64,000 nucleotides of DNA, from assembly GCA_017549425.1 (NCBI GenBank), contig JAFYUV010000017.1:244007-308006 (forward strand), in the 5' to 3' direction. Below are positions 20,009 to 29,369 of the stretch, in pieces; the first letter of the stretch is position 1; every line of letters starts with the position of its first letter. The position numbers and the translations under genes are program-made. A model generated the notes under the pieces. It did not search any database, was not told where the DNA came from, and saw only the letters and a list, made by a program, of their open reading frames with translations. This stretch comes from Clostridia bacterium (GTDB taxonomy: Bacteria; Bacillota; Clostridia; TANB77; CAG-465).

Positions 20009-20530
20009 ATGAATAGAATAGGAGAGAAAAAATTGAACCCCAAAATTACAGAAAAGTTTGTTGTAGATCAAGTTATTAAATTTATGATAAATAAAACAAA
20101 TGGTAATTGGCACGAAGAAAAAGTAGAAAGAAGAGACTTTCATAATCATGGTGTTGATATTAAATTAGTTGGAGGTAAAAGAAACAGCGAATACTTTTTT
20201 ATAGAATGTAAAGGTAAATCGTATGCAAAGTCAGCAAAATCAATTAACAGAGAAGGGTGGCTTAATGCATTAGGTCAAATAATAACAAGAATGGATGTAA
20301 AGAGGTATTCTATTTCTAAAGAAGATGCAAAAATATCAGGAATAAATCGTGCTTATAAATACGGATTAGGTTTATATTGGGAGTCTGCTCAAGTAGCTTT
20401 AAGAAGAATCCCAAAAGAAGTTGCTGAAGTTTTATGTTTGCATATTTTTTCTATTAATGATAATGGAGAAGTTAAGTATTTTACACCAAGTAAATTTGGA
20501 ACACAGTACTCAAGAGAATATTTCTTTTAG
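20009..20530 (+). CDS. Stand-alone PD-(D/E)xK nuclease
   Basis: HGVDIKL...FFIECKG...ALGQII pattern. Confidence 0.7.
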   Translation: MNRIGEKKLNPKITEKFVVDQVIKFMINKTNGNWHEEKVERRDFHNHGVDIKLVGGKRNSEYFFIECKGKSYAKSAKSINREGWLNALGQIITRMDVKRYSISKEDAKISGINRAYKYGLGLYWESAQVALRRIPKEVAEVLCLHIFSINDNGEVKYFTPSKFGTQYSREYFF

Positions 20531-21057
20531 TTAAAATAATTAATTATATTATTTTGCTATATATAATTTTAGTATTTATAATATTTACCATTATAATAAA
20601 GATTAATCCTACATTATGGATAAGTGTTTTTGAAATAATGCTTACAGCATATTATACAGTTATTTATGAAAGGATGATGTCTATGAAAAAAATTTCACAT
20701 GGTGTTAGCTCTAGTTATTTGTGTAGGAATAAATGTGATAATAGGCAGATTAAATACTAAAATAAATATAGATTAGAGCATTAGGTTCGATTCCTAAACT
20801 ACACACAAAATTAGAATCAGATGATTAAAAATCTGTAATAAAGGCGAGAAATAATTCGTCTTTATTTTTTTATAATGAGTATATTTTATTTATATAAATT
20901 TTAATTATATTTAAAACTATTTACATATTATTATAAAAAATTGCATATAATATTACAAAGTTGTTAAAAAATAATACAAAATGTATTAAAAATAATTGAC
21001 TTTATCCGGAAAAGAGTGTAAAATTATATAAAATGATACAAAAAGGAGGTATTTTAT

Positions 21058-22425
21058 ATGTTTACATATATAAAAGCTAAGAACTTTAAATCATTAAAAA
21101 ATATTGAATTTAATTTAAATAGAACTAAAGCTAAAACTAATAATTTTATTGCTATATATGGAGAAAATGGTAGTGGTAAAACTAATTTGGTAGAGTTGTT
21201 TAAATTTTTGCAACAAGTAACAATTTCAAGAACAATTGATGTAAAATTAAATATGCTACCAAAAGAATTTTTTGAATTAAAACAAAAAATGCTAGATAAT
21301 ACACCTGTAGATATGAAACCGTTGTGGCAGTTATCATTAAATTTAGAAGAATATAGGATGATAAATGAAAAAGAAGATACTGAAATAGAGTATGGTTTTA
21401 AAATAAATGATAAAGAAGGTTTTTATTCTATAAAATTTAATACAGAAATAGTAGAAGAAAAATTATATTACTTCGCAAACAAGCAAAAAGGATATTATTT
21501 TCAATTATCAAAAGATGAAAAAGGTATTATAAAGAATTTAAATAATAGCATTTTTATAAATGAAAAATATAATAAAGAGTTAGAAGAAAATATAGAAAAG
21601 TATTGGGGAAAATATTCATTCTTATCACTACTTACTTTTGAATCTAAAGATAAAAACGAAGAATATGTAAATAATAATATTTCATCTAAGATGTTTGATA
21701 TTATTGATAAATTAGTATCTATGACTATACATGTTAATAAGTGGTTTTTAAAGTTTGTGCCAGATAATTATATGAAAAATACAGTACTAGCTGATTTAAA
21801 ATCAGGTATTATTTCTAAAGAAAAAATAAATGAAATAAAGAAGTATGAAAATGTATTAAATATTTTCTTTACACAAGCCTATGCAGATATAAAAAGTGTT
21901 AAATATTCAATTGAAGAAAAGGATGAGAAAATTAAATATAAGTTGTATTTTAATAAAATGATAGGTGGGAATTTAAAATCAATACCGATAGAATTAGAAT
22001 CAGAAGGAACTAAAAAAATAATTGAAGAATTTGATACTTTAATTGGCGCAATAATGGGAGAAACAGTTGTTATAGATGAAATTGATAATGGAATTCATGA
22101 TTTGTTAATGAAAAACATTATATTATCTATAAAGGACGAAATAACAGGTCAATTAATAATAACAACTCATAATACATTATTATTAGAAATTCTACCTAAA
22201 GAGTGTATCTATATATTATCTGTAGATTATGAAGGTAATAAAAACATAAATACAATAAAAGAATATGGAATAAAAATACAAAAAAATCATAATGCTCGAG
22301 ATTTGTATTTTAAAGGTGTGTTTGGAGGAGTGCCTACAACAACATATGTAGATTTTGAAGAAATTAAATATGTTCTAGAAGATTCAAAAGATAAAGAGGT
22401 TGAAACTAATGGTGAGGAAACCTAA
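21058..22425 (+). CDS. AAA_21-type ATPase (AbiLi-like)
   Basis: KNFKSL, GENGSGKTN, ESEGTKK, VVIDEIDNGIH, QLIITTH, C-terminal YFKGVFGGVP. Confidence 0.85.
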   Translation: MFTYIKAKNFKSLKNIEFNLNRTKAKTNNFIAIYGENGSGKTNLVELFKFLQQVTISRTIDVKLNMLPKEFFELKQKMLDNTPVDMKPLWQLSLNLEEYRMINEKEDTEIEYGFKINDKEGFYSIKFNTEIVEEKLYYFANKQKGYYFQLSKDEKGIIKNLNNSIFINEKYNKELEENIEKYWGKYSFLSLLTFESKDKNEEYVNNNISSKMFDIIDKLVSMTIHVNKWFLKFVPDNYMKNTVLADLKSGIISKEKINEIKKYENVLNIFFTQAYADIKSVKYSIEEKDEKIKYKLYFNKMIGGNLKSIPIELESEGTKKIIEEFDTLIGAIMGETVVIDEIDNGIHDLLMKNIILSIKDEITGQLIITTHNTLLLEILPKECIYILSVDYEGNKNINTIKEYGIKIQKNHNARDLYFKGVFGGVPTTTYVDFEEIKYVLEDSKDKEVETNGEET

Positions 22426-22981
22426 CTATTGCAAAGGTATAATAATTGCACATGGTAAGAGCGAACTACTATTAGCAGAACATATAAAAAGCAATCTACA
22501 TTTGCCTATAGAAATATATGCAGAAAAAAATGGAAAATCGAGCATACAAATAGATAGTCTAAAAACCGTATTAAATAACAATATATTTAAAAATAAAACA
22601 AGTTTTAAAAGACAATATGTTGTAGAAGAGGAAAATAGAGAATTAAAGAATTTCTTTGTTATGCCGATAATGGATTTAGATGATACAACAGAAGATAAAA
22701 TAGAGCAATATAAATCTGGAAAAATGTTTGAAAATCATTGGCTGAGTCCTTATATTATTCCAATATGGAATAATAAAAATTTAGATCAAGTATTATTTGA
22801 TTTAAACTTAATAAGTAAGATGCCAAATAATAAAGAAAAAGGCAAAGTGTATGAGGAACTATTTCCTACTCATAGAGGAGAAACAGATTTAGAACAGGTA
22901 AAAAAATTGTTAAAACATTTCCAGGATTCTGAAAAAACTAATATGGATGTGTTTATAAATAAATGTTTAGAGAATTTATAA
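22400..22981 (+). CDS. RloB/TOPRIM-like partner (AbiLii-like)
   Basis: IIIAHGKSE and IMDLDD acidic motifs, C-terminal TNM; overlaps the ATPase gene. Confidence 0.6.
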   Translation: MKLMVRKPNYCKGIIIAHGKSELLLAEHIKSNLHLPIEIYAEKNGKSSIQIDSLKTVLNNNIFKNKTSFKRQYVVEEENRELKNFFVMPIMDLDDTTEDKIEQYKSGKMFENHWLSPYIIPIWNNKNLDQVLFDLNLISKMPNNKEKGKVYEELFPTHRGETDLEQVKKLLKHFQDSEKTNMDVFINKCLENL

Positions 22982-23016
22982 TGTAAGAGGACGGAGTTAA
23001 CCCGTCCTTTTAACAT

Positions 23017-23292
23017 CTATACAATCTTCATAATTTCACTTCTTACAAACTCTTCCACCATATTATCAATCATATTATTATACTGAGCCATCACGATAAA
23101 CTCGTGAGTTTTAGGCTCTGGGTGCTGAGATTTTAAGAAAAGTCGCACCATATCTGCATACTTATACAAATACTTTTCTTCATCATACAAAAAATCCATA
23201 AGACTACCATCAATAGTAAGTCTGCTATATTTCATAGGATTTAATTCTTTCAAATATTTCTTTAAAAGCATACCATATCTTTTAAGAGCCAT
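23017..23292 (-). CDS. TnpV-like protein
   Basis: YGMLLKKYLKE...Y..L.IDG.L...L...AQYNNMIDNMVEEFV pattern. Confidence 0.65.
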   Translation of the reverse strand: MALKRYGMLLKKYLKELNPMKYSRLTIDGSLMDFLYDEEKYLYKYADMVRLFLKSQHPEPKTHEFIVMAQYNNMIDNMVEEFVRSEIMKIV

Positions 23293-23593
23293 AATGTTTA
23301 CCACCTAAACTCATAATAACTAAATTCAAGCAATCACCAAAACCTGCTCTATAATACTTATCATTATAATAACTACAAAAATCTAAAAAGTCATCATAAA
23401 TTTGTTCTAATATTTTCTTTGCAAATTCTCTGTTTTTATAAGGTAAGCTTTTTAAAAGCTTGTCCTCAAGTTCATCAAAATGCAAAAGATATTTTTTATC
23501 CTCTTTTGTTAATCTTGCTAATTCCTCATCTCTAAAAATAATCCAATCTGATAATAAATCATTTAATTCATTATTTGATAATTTGTTTTTCAT
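23282..23593 (-). CDS. Small helical hypothetical protein of mobile elements
   Basis: GGAGGT RBS; C-terminal YYRAGFGDCLNL motif. Confidence 0.6.
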   Translation of the reverse strand: MKNKLSNNELNDLLSDWIIFRDEELARLTKEDKKYLLHFDELEDKLLKSLPYKNREFAKKILEQIYDDFLDFCSYYNDKYYRAGFGDCLNLVIMSLGGKHYGS

Positions 23594-23763
23594 AAATTTT
23601 ACCTCCAATTTTTACCATTTTTTCTTGGGGAGATTTTGGTGAAAAATTCTCCCGAAAATTCCAAAAATCGCACAAATGTTCCAAAAACGTAAAACTCTGA
23701 AAGCACTGAAATACCAATAAAAACTTAACTTTTCTTTAAAATCCAAAAGTAAAGTTATGTCAA

Positions 23764-23779
23764 CTCATAACCCGAAGGT
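23764..23779 (+). repeat. Putative attR, tRNA-fMet anticodon-arm fragment
   Basis: CTCATAACCCGAAGGT matches the anticodon loop and 3' arm of bacterial initiator tRNA. Confidence 0.65.
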
Positions 23780-23864
23780 ATTCCTCAAGAAAAAGCACTG
23801 CCACTATTGTTTTGTCGAAATTTGGTGTATAATGTAACCAAGTTTGAAATTGGGGGCAAAAATA

Positions 23865-24281
23865 GTGATAGCAATTGTGTGTGTAGATGAAAGAAATGGA
23901 ATGCTTTTTAATAATAGAAGGCAAACCAAAGATAGAGTATTAATAAAGCATATAGTAGAAAAGGTAGGAGACTGTAAACTGTGGATAAACGGTTTCTCCT
24001 CAAACTTGTTTAAAGAATATATAGGCGAAAAAGTGGATATATCTGAAGATTTTTATGTAAAAGCTAAAGAAAATGATTATTGTTTTGTAGAAGAAGTTTC
24101 TCTTAGTCCTTTTGAAGATAAAATAGATAAATTAATAATATATAATTGGAACAGGCTTTATCCTGCTGATAAATTTTTAGAAATACAACTAGATAAGTGG
24201 TATTTAGAAAGTGAGAAAGAAGTTAAAGGCTCTTCTCATGAAAAGATAACAGAAAGAATTTATTTAAGGGGTAATGTGTAA
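23865..24281 (+). CDS. Conserved hypothetical protein with DHFR-like motifs
   Basis: IVCVDERNGMLFNNRRQ...WNRLYPADKFL. Confidence 0.6.
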   Translation: MIAIVCVDERNGMLFNNRRQTKDRVLIKHIVEKVGDCKLWINGFSSNLFKEYIGEKVDISEDFYVKAKENDYCFVEEVSLSPFEDKIDKLIIYNWNRLYPADKFLEIQLDKWYLESEKEVKGSSHEKITERIYLRGNV

Positions 24282-25024
24282 TGGGAAGAAAGAAAAGTTA
24301 TTCAAAAACTAAAACAGAAAAATATATTTTACTTTTTATAGCATTTTGTATATTTGCTTTATTAGGCTGTTCGGATGTAAATTTAGATAATGGAATTATT
24401 GAACAAAATGCGTCTATAAATGACATATATAAAGATATAAATTTATCTAATATACCAGAATATTCTGGTGCGCCATATGTAGTTATAAATAACAACGTGC
24501 CGTTTTTTGAAAATTTGGGATTAACTACTTCGGCTTTTGAAAGTTATGGTGAATTAGATGAGTTTGGAAGATGTTCTGTAGCTGTAGCTTGTATTGGGGA
24601 AGATCTAATGCCAACTGAAGAACGAGGAAGCATAGGTTCAGTTAAACCTACTGGATGGCATACAGCAAAATATGAAGGTATAGATGGTAAATATTTATAT
24701 AACAGATGTCATTTAATAGGTTTCCAATTAACTGGAGAAAATGCAAATACCCAAAACTTAATAACAGGGACAAGATACATGAATACAGAAGGAATGTTGC
24801 CATTTGAAAATATGGTGGCAGATTATATAAAAGAAACAAATAACCATGTAATGTATAGAGTAACTCCTGTATTTCAAGGAGATGATTTATTGGCTTCAGG
24901 AGTGGTTATAGAGGCAAAATCCATAGAGGACAATGGAGAGGGCGTGCTATTTAATGTATATTGTTATAACGTACAACCAGGGATAAATATAGACTATGCT
25001 ACCGGAGATAGTATAAAAGAATAA
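24281..25024 (+). CDS. DNA/RNA non-specific endonuclease, lipoprotein-like
   Basis: LLGC lipobox; YNRCHLIG, NLITGTRYMN, MLPFEN His-Me nuclease motifs. Confidence 0.88.
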   Translation: MGRKKSYSKTKTEKYILLFIAFCIFALLGCSDVNLDNGIIEQNASINDIYKDINLSNIPEYSGAPYVVINNNVPFFENLGLTTSAFESYGELDEFGRCSVAVACIGEDLMPTEERGSIGSVKPTGWHTAKYEGIDGKYLYNRCHLIGFQLTGENANTQNLITGTRYMNTEGMLPFENMVADYIKETNNHVMYRVTPVFQGDDLLASGVVIEAKSIEDNGEGVLFNVYCYNVQPGINIDYATGDSIKE

Positions 25025-25149
25025 ATAGAAAAAAGGCTGTTCTTAAAACGAATAGCTTTTTTCACATAATTATACACAATTAGAAACATCATATTAATTG
25101 ACAAAACACTATGTTTATACTAATATATTAACGAAAGAGGTGATGTTTA

Positions 25150-26100
25150 ATGCTTAATATATTAAAAAACACAGAAACTAAAAAAATGCTTGAAAAGATA
25201 GATAATATAGAAAAAGGTAGTTGGATAGATTTACAAAAACCAACAGAAAGTGAAATAAAAAGAGTAGTTGAAGAAACGGGTGTTGATGAAATCTTGCTTA
25301 AATCGGCATTAGACGAAGAAGAGACCTCTCACATTGATACAGACGATAATCAATTGCTTGTATCTATTAATATGCCAATAACTGAAAAGAACAATAAAGG
25401 TAAATATTATACAACAATGCCGATAGGAATTTTGATTGTAAATGATGATTATATTATAACAATTTCTTCAGGTAAAATTAATTTAGTAGATATGTTAAGT
25501 AAAAAGAAAAAGATAGTAGGAGAAATAGCTACATACAAAAAGTCTAGATTAGCATTTCAGCTGTTATATATTACTGCTGTTGAGTTTTTGAAATACTTAA
25601 CGTATATGAGTAATGATTTAGAGGCTTTTGAAGATAACTTAACAAAATCTATGAGTAATAACGAACTGTTAAAATTAATAAATTACCAAAAGTCAATGAT
25701 ATTTTTAAATACAGCATTAAAAACAAATCAATCAGTAATTGAAAGATTAAAGCGAGGAAAACTCATAAAATTATATGAAGAAGACCAAGATATATTAGAA
25801 GATGCAGCAATTGAAAATAGGCAGGCTATAGAGATGGCTACAATATATGGAGAAATATTAAATGGAATGACGGATATTTATGGTACAGTTGTATCTAATA
25901 ATTTAAATAATGTGATGAAATTGTTAACTTCTATTACGGTTATTTTGTCTATTCCAACTTTGATTGCTTCAATATTAGGCATGAATGTTATATTCCCGTT
26001 TGATACGGGTGTATCTGGATTTTATATAGCTATGGCTATTACAATAATTATAACTATTTCGGTAGCTGTATGGTTAAATAAAAAGGATATGTTAAAGTAA
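25150..26100 (+). CDS. corA: CorA-family Mg2+ transporter
   Basis: GMN signature within two C-terminal TM helices. Confidence 0.88.
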   Translation: MLNILKNTETKKMLEKIDNIEKGSWIDLQKPTESEIKRVVEETGVDEILLKSALDEEETSHIDTDDNQLLVSINMPITEKNNKGKYYTTMPIGILIVNDDYIITISSGKINLVDMLSKKKKIVGEIATYKKSRLAFQLLYITAVEFLKYLTYMSNDLEAFEDNLTKSMSNNELLKLINYQKSMIFLNTALKTNQSVIERLKRGKLIKLYEEDQDILEDAAIENRQAIEMATIYGEILNGMTDIYGTVVSNNLNNVMKLLTSITVILSIPTLIASILGMNVIFPFDTGVSGFYIAMAITIIITISVAVWLNKKDMLK

Positions 26101-26116
26101 AGAAAGAAGGAAAAGG

Positions 26117-26791
26117 ATGGAACAAAGTTTAACAAAGAAAAAAATAAAATTAGAAATACCTAAATATACTTTAGGAGAAGAGTTATTTAGTGCAATATCT
26201 CATGGAGTTGGAAGTTGTTTAAGTATAGCGGCATTAGTGTTATTGATAGTAAGAGCAGCAATTTATGGAAGCGCAATTTCGGTTGTTGCAACATCAATTT
26301 ATGGGGCAACTTTGGTTATACTTTATACTATGTCTACTTTGTATCACAGTTTTTCTCCAAGGATTACAGCCAAAAAAGTATTTAGAATTTTCGATCACTG
26401 TAGTATTTTCTTGTTAATTGCAGGAACTTATACAGTATATTCATTATTAGTTTTAAAAGGTGCTTTAGGGTGGACTATATTTGGAATTGTTTGGGGGGCT
26501 GCAATACTTGGAATTGTATTAAATGCTATAAATTTAGAAAAGTACAAGAAGTTTTCAATGGTGTGTTACATAGCAATGGGCTGGATAATAATATTTTCAT
26601 TTAAAACTTTAATAGCGAGTTTAGCAAAAGGCGGAGTAGTATTTTTGCTTATAGGTGGAGTATGTTATACAGTTGGCGCTATAATTTATGGTTTGGGTAA
26701 AAAAATAAAGTATATGCATTCTATTTGGCATTTGTTTGTATTAGCTGGTAGCATATGCCATTTCTTTTCTATTTTGTTATATGCAATATGA
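26117..26791 (+). CDS. Hemolysin III / PAQR family membrane protein
   Basis: EELFSAISHG, STLYH, DHCSIFLLIAGTYT, HSIWHLFV. Confidence 0.92.
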   Translation: MEQSLTKKKIKLEIPKYTLGEELFSAISHGVGSCLSIAALVLLIVRAAIYGSAISVVATSIYGATLVILYTMSTLYHSFSPRITAKKVFRIFDHCSIFLLIAGTYTVYSLLVLKGALGWTIFGIVWGAAILGIVLNAINLEKYKKFSMVCYIAMGWIIIFSFKTLIASLAKGGVVFLLIGGVCYTVGAIIYGLGKKIKYMHSIWHLFVLAGSICHFFSILLYAI

Positions 26792-26950
26792 TTTTTCAAG
26801 TGGTGAACATGAGATTCGCCACTTGATTTTTTCTCATTCTTGTAATAGAATATGTAACAAGAAAAAAATATATTTTGAATCCAAATTGTGACAAAATATG
26901 CAAAATAAATGAAGTATAATACACGATATAAACGAGGTAGAGGTGAAAAT

Positions 26951-29302
26951 ATGGTATTAGAGAACGAACAATATACTGGCGAGAGAGTTAACTTAAGGCC
27001 AAGCAAATTTGGAAAGATAGAAAAAATATTTAAATATATATTTAATTCAATGGCATCACCATATATTTTATTATTGCTGTTAACAGCAGGAATAGAGGTT
27101 TTAGGTGGACAACCATTTGCTTTTGTACTACTAGGAATAGCTACAATTTTTAACATTCCGCTACTAGTTCCTTTAATTACAACAGTTATAAGTTTTATAG
27201 TTTTTAAAGAACCGACAACAATGTATGTTACTTATTTAATTACTTATTTTATATATCTAATATCTACAGTTTTAATATCTGTAGAGGGAACAACAAAAAA
27301 ATATTCTACAATGACAAGGCTTATAATATCATTTGCTGTATCTAGCTTGCTAATAATGATATTTACTGGATTTAGCAGGTTGGCACTATTACAGTTTGGG
27401 ATTAATGCTTTAGTAATATTTGCATTGTATCCTGTATTTACTAGTGGTTGCTCAATGTTATTTAATATACGTAAAAATTTAATATTTTCTAAGGAAGAAA
27501 TAATTAGTTTTGGGGTATTGATTGCAACAGCTATAACTTTATTAAGTAGTACAAGTATAATGGGATTTAGTTTATCTAATGTTTTAATAGTTGTTTTAAT
27601 TGTTATAATAGCTTGGAAAAATGATTGGGTTATAGGGACTGCTACAGGGGTAGTAATAGGACTTATATATTCTCTAATAACAGGAGAGTCTACATTAGTA
27701 ATTGTAAGTTGTGGCTTCTCTGGTTTAATAGCAGGAATACTAAGCAGATTTGGAAAACTTCCTGTAATAATAGCATTTGCTATAGGCAATGTAACTCTTT
27801 CATATTTATATACTAAAGACATTGAATTGTGGGCTAGGCTTGCGGAAATACTAGTCGCTTCAGGTGTTATAATAGCATTACCTAAAAAAGCTATATTAAA
27901 ATTTGAAGAAATATTTAATACAAGTAATTCTTTGCCAGCAGGATATGAAAATCAATTAGGCCCTGCTAATGAGATGAAGTCAAGAATTGGAGCTATCGGC
28001 GAGGTTTTTGATAACTTAGCTAGCATAACAATTCCGGTAAGCGAAGAAACAGTTCTAGAAACAGAAAATGTTATAAAGAAATATTTATTAGACCATAAAA
28101 AAAATGAATGCATTAGTTGTAAAGAAAAGATAAGTTGTTTACAAGAAGAGGAAATAGCTGTGGTCGCAAAACACATTGCCAAAAGACTTGAAGATAACAA
28201 ATCTTTAACTAAAGAGATGCTACCTGTTTCATGTGGTATGGCTGATGAAATGATTACAGACATAATAGAAATATATAACAATATGAAGCTCATGAGAGTT
28301 ATACGCATGAAAGAAAATGAGATGAACTCTAAATTGGCTGAAGAATATCAAGTGGTGTCTAAGTTATTGAAGAAAATAAGTAAGCACGACACTCCTAAGT
28401 TAAATGATATTACAAATCAAAAGCAAAAAAGAATAAGAGAAGAATTAGGTTTTTTAAGATATTCTGTTTATGAAGATGCTTTCTATGAGGATGAAAGAGA
28501 TGTATCGTATGAGTTTGTAACAGATATACTAACAGATATTGAAAAAGCGAAAAGAGAAATTCAAACTACTGTTAGTAAGATTTTAAATGTTAAGATGAGC
28601 ATTAAAATGATATTAAATAGTAGTAAAACAGAGAAATCTAGAATTAAGTTAGTTCCAAGTAGCAAATATATAATTAACGCTGTTGTTAAACAAATCAAAA
28701 AAATAGACAGTCCTGTTAATGGAGATTCATATATTGTTACTGAACTAAGAGATAATAATAAAATAATAGCAGTAAGTGATGGAATGGGAAGCGGTCCTAA
28801 GTCTAAAGAGATTAGTATGTCTGTTATTAATATGATAGATAGCCTGTCAGCTTCAGGAATTAGTAAAACAGATATATTAAATATAACAAATAAAGTTGTA
28901 AAATCTAAAGAAAACGGAACTGTTTCTGCGACTTTAGATATGTGTATTTTAAATGAGAAAAAAGAAAGCTTAGAATTTGTTAAATTAGGTGCTGTTCCGT
29001 CTTATGTGTTGAGTGATGGAATTGTAGAAAAAATAGAGTGTAAATCTGATTCTTTTGGAGTTGCAGATGAAGTTGTATTTACAGAATATGACCATAATGT
29101 AAAAAGAAACATGTATGTAATAATGACTTCAGATGGAGCTATTAGTGATATAAATCAAAAGATATTACAAGAAATAGTTGATGAAAATCAAGAAAAATTT
29201 AATGAATCGGTATTTATGGAAAAAATAATGGAAAAGATAATAGACTCCCAGAATAAACTTATCCTAGATGATATAACAGTTGTTGTTGCTAAAATTTCGT
29301 AA
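26951..29302 (+). CDS. spoIIE: Stage II sporulation protein E (membrane PP2C phosphatase)
   Basis: About ten N-terminal TMs, CxxC middle region, NGDSY, SDGMGSG, ATLD, TSDG, DDITV motifs. Confidence 0.85.
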   Translation: MVLENEQYTGERVNLRPSKFGKIEKIFKYIFNSMASPYILLLLLTAGIEVLGGQPFAFVLLGIATIFNIPLLVPLITTVISFIVFKEPTTMYVTYLITYFIYLISTVLISVEGTTKKYSTMTRLIISFAVSSLLIMIFTGFSRLALLQFGINALVIFALYPVFTSGCSMLFNIRKNLIFSKEEIISFGVLIATAITLLSSTSIMGFSLSNVLIVVLIVIIAWKNDWVIGTATGVVIGLIYSLITGESTLVIVSCGFSGLIAGILSRFGKLPVIIAFAIGNVTLSYLYTKDIELWARLAEILVASGVIIALPKKAILKFEEIFNTSNSLPAGYENQLGPANEMKSRIGAIGEVFDNLASITIPVSEETVLETENVIKKYLLDHKKNECISCKEKISCLQEEEIAVVAKHIAKRLEDNKSLTKEMLPVSCGMADEMITDIIEIYNNMKLMRVIRMKENEMNSKLAEEYQVVSKLLKKISKHDTPKLNDITNQKQKRIREELGFLRYSVYEDAFYEDERDVSYEFVTDILTDIEKAKREIQTTVSKILNVKMSIKMILNSSKTEKSRIKLVPSSKYIINAVVKQIKKIDSPVNGDSYIVTELRDNNKIIAVSDGMGSGPKSKEISMSVINMIDSLSASGISKTDILNITNKVVKSKENGTVSATLDMCILNEKKESLEFVKLGAVPSYVLSDGIVEKIECKSDSFGVADEVVFTEYDHNVKRNMYVIMTSDGAISDINQKILQEIVDENQEKFNESVFMEKIMEKIIDSQNKLILDDITVVVAKIS

Positions 29303-29337
29303 ATAAAAATGGCGCTAGAAATAGCGCCGTTTTTATT
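29303..29337. terminator. Bidirectional terminator
   Basis: ATAAAAATGGCGCTA-GAAA-TAGCGCCGTTTTTAT. Confidence 0.75.
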
Positions 29338-29369
29338 ATACTTAAATTGCAAATGTTTATTTTGAAAAG

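Larger units (their letters stand above)
11345..23771. mobile_element. Integrative element / defence island (tyrosine integrase, xis-like, RepA_N, TnpV-like, defence cargo)
   Basis: Integrase at left end, TnpV-like gene at right end, flanking CTCATAAC direct repeat, TTGGGGA motifs near both ends (~11483-11500 and ~23625). Boundaries inferred. Confidence 0.7.

Noticed and set aside
20554-20760. 68-aa ORF as a real gene
   Set aside because: TTG start in AT-rich promoter-like DNA; at best a broken signal-peptide remnant from ATG 20683.
11345-23771. Prophage or complete ICE
   Set aside because: No capsid, terminase, tail, relaxase or type IV secretion genes.
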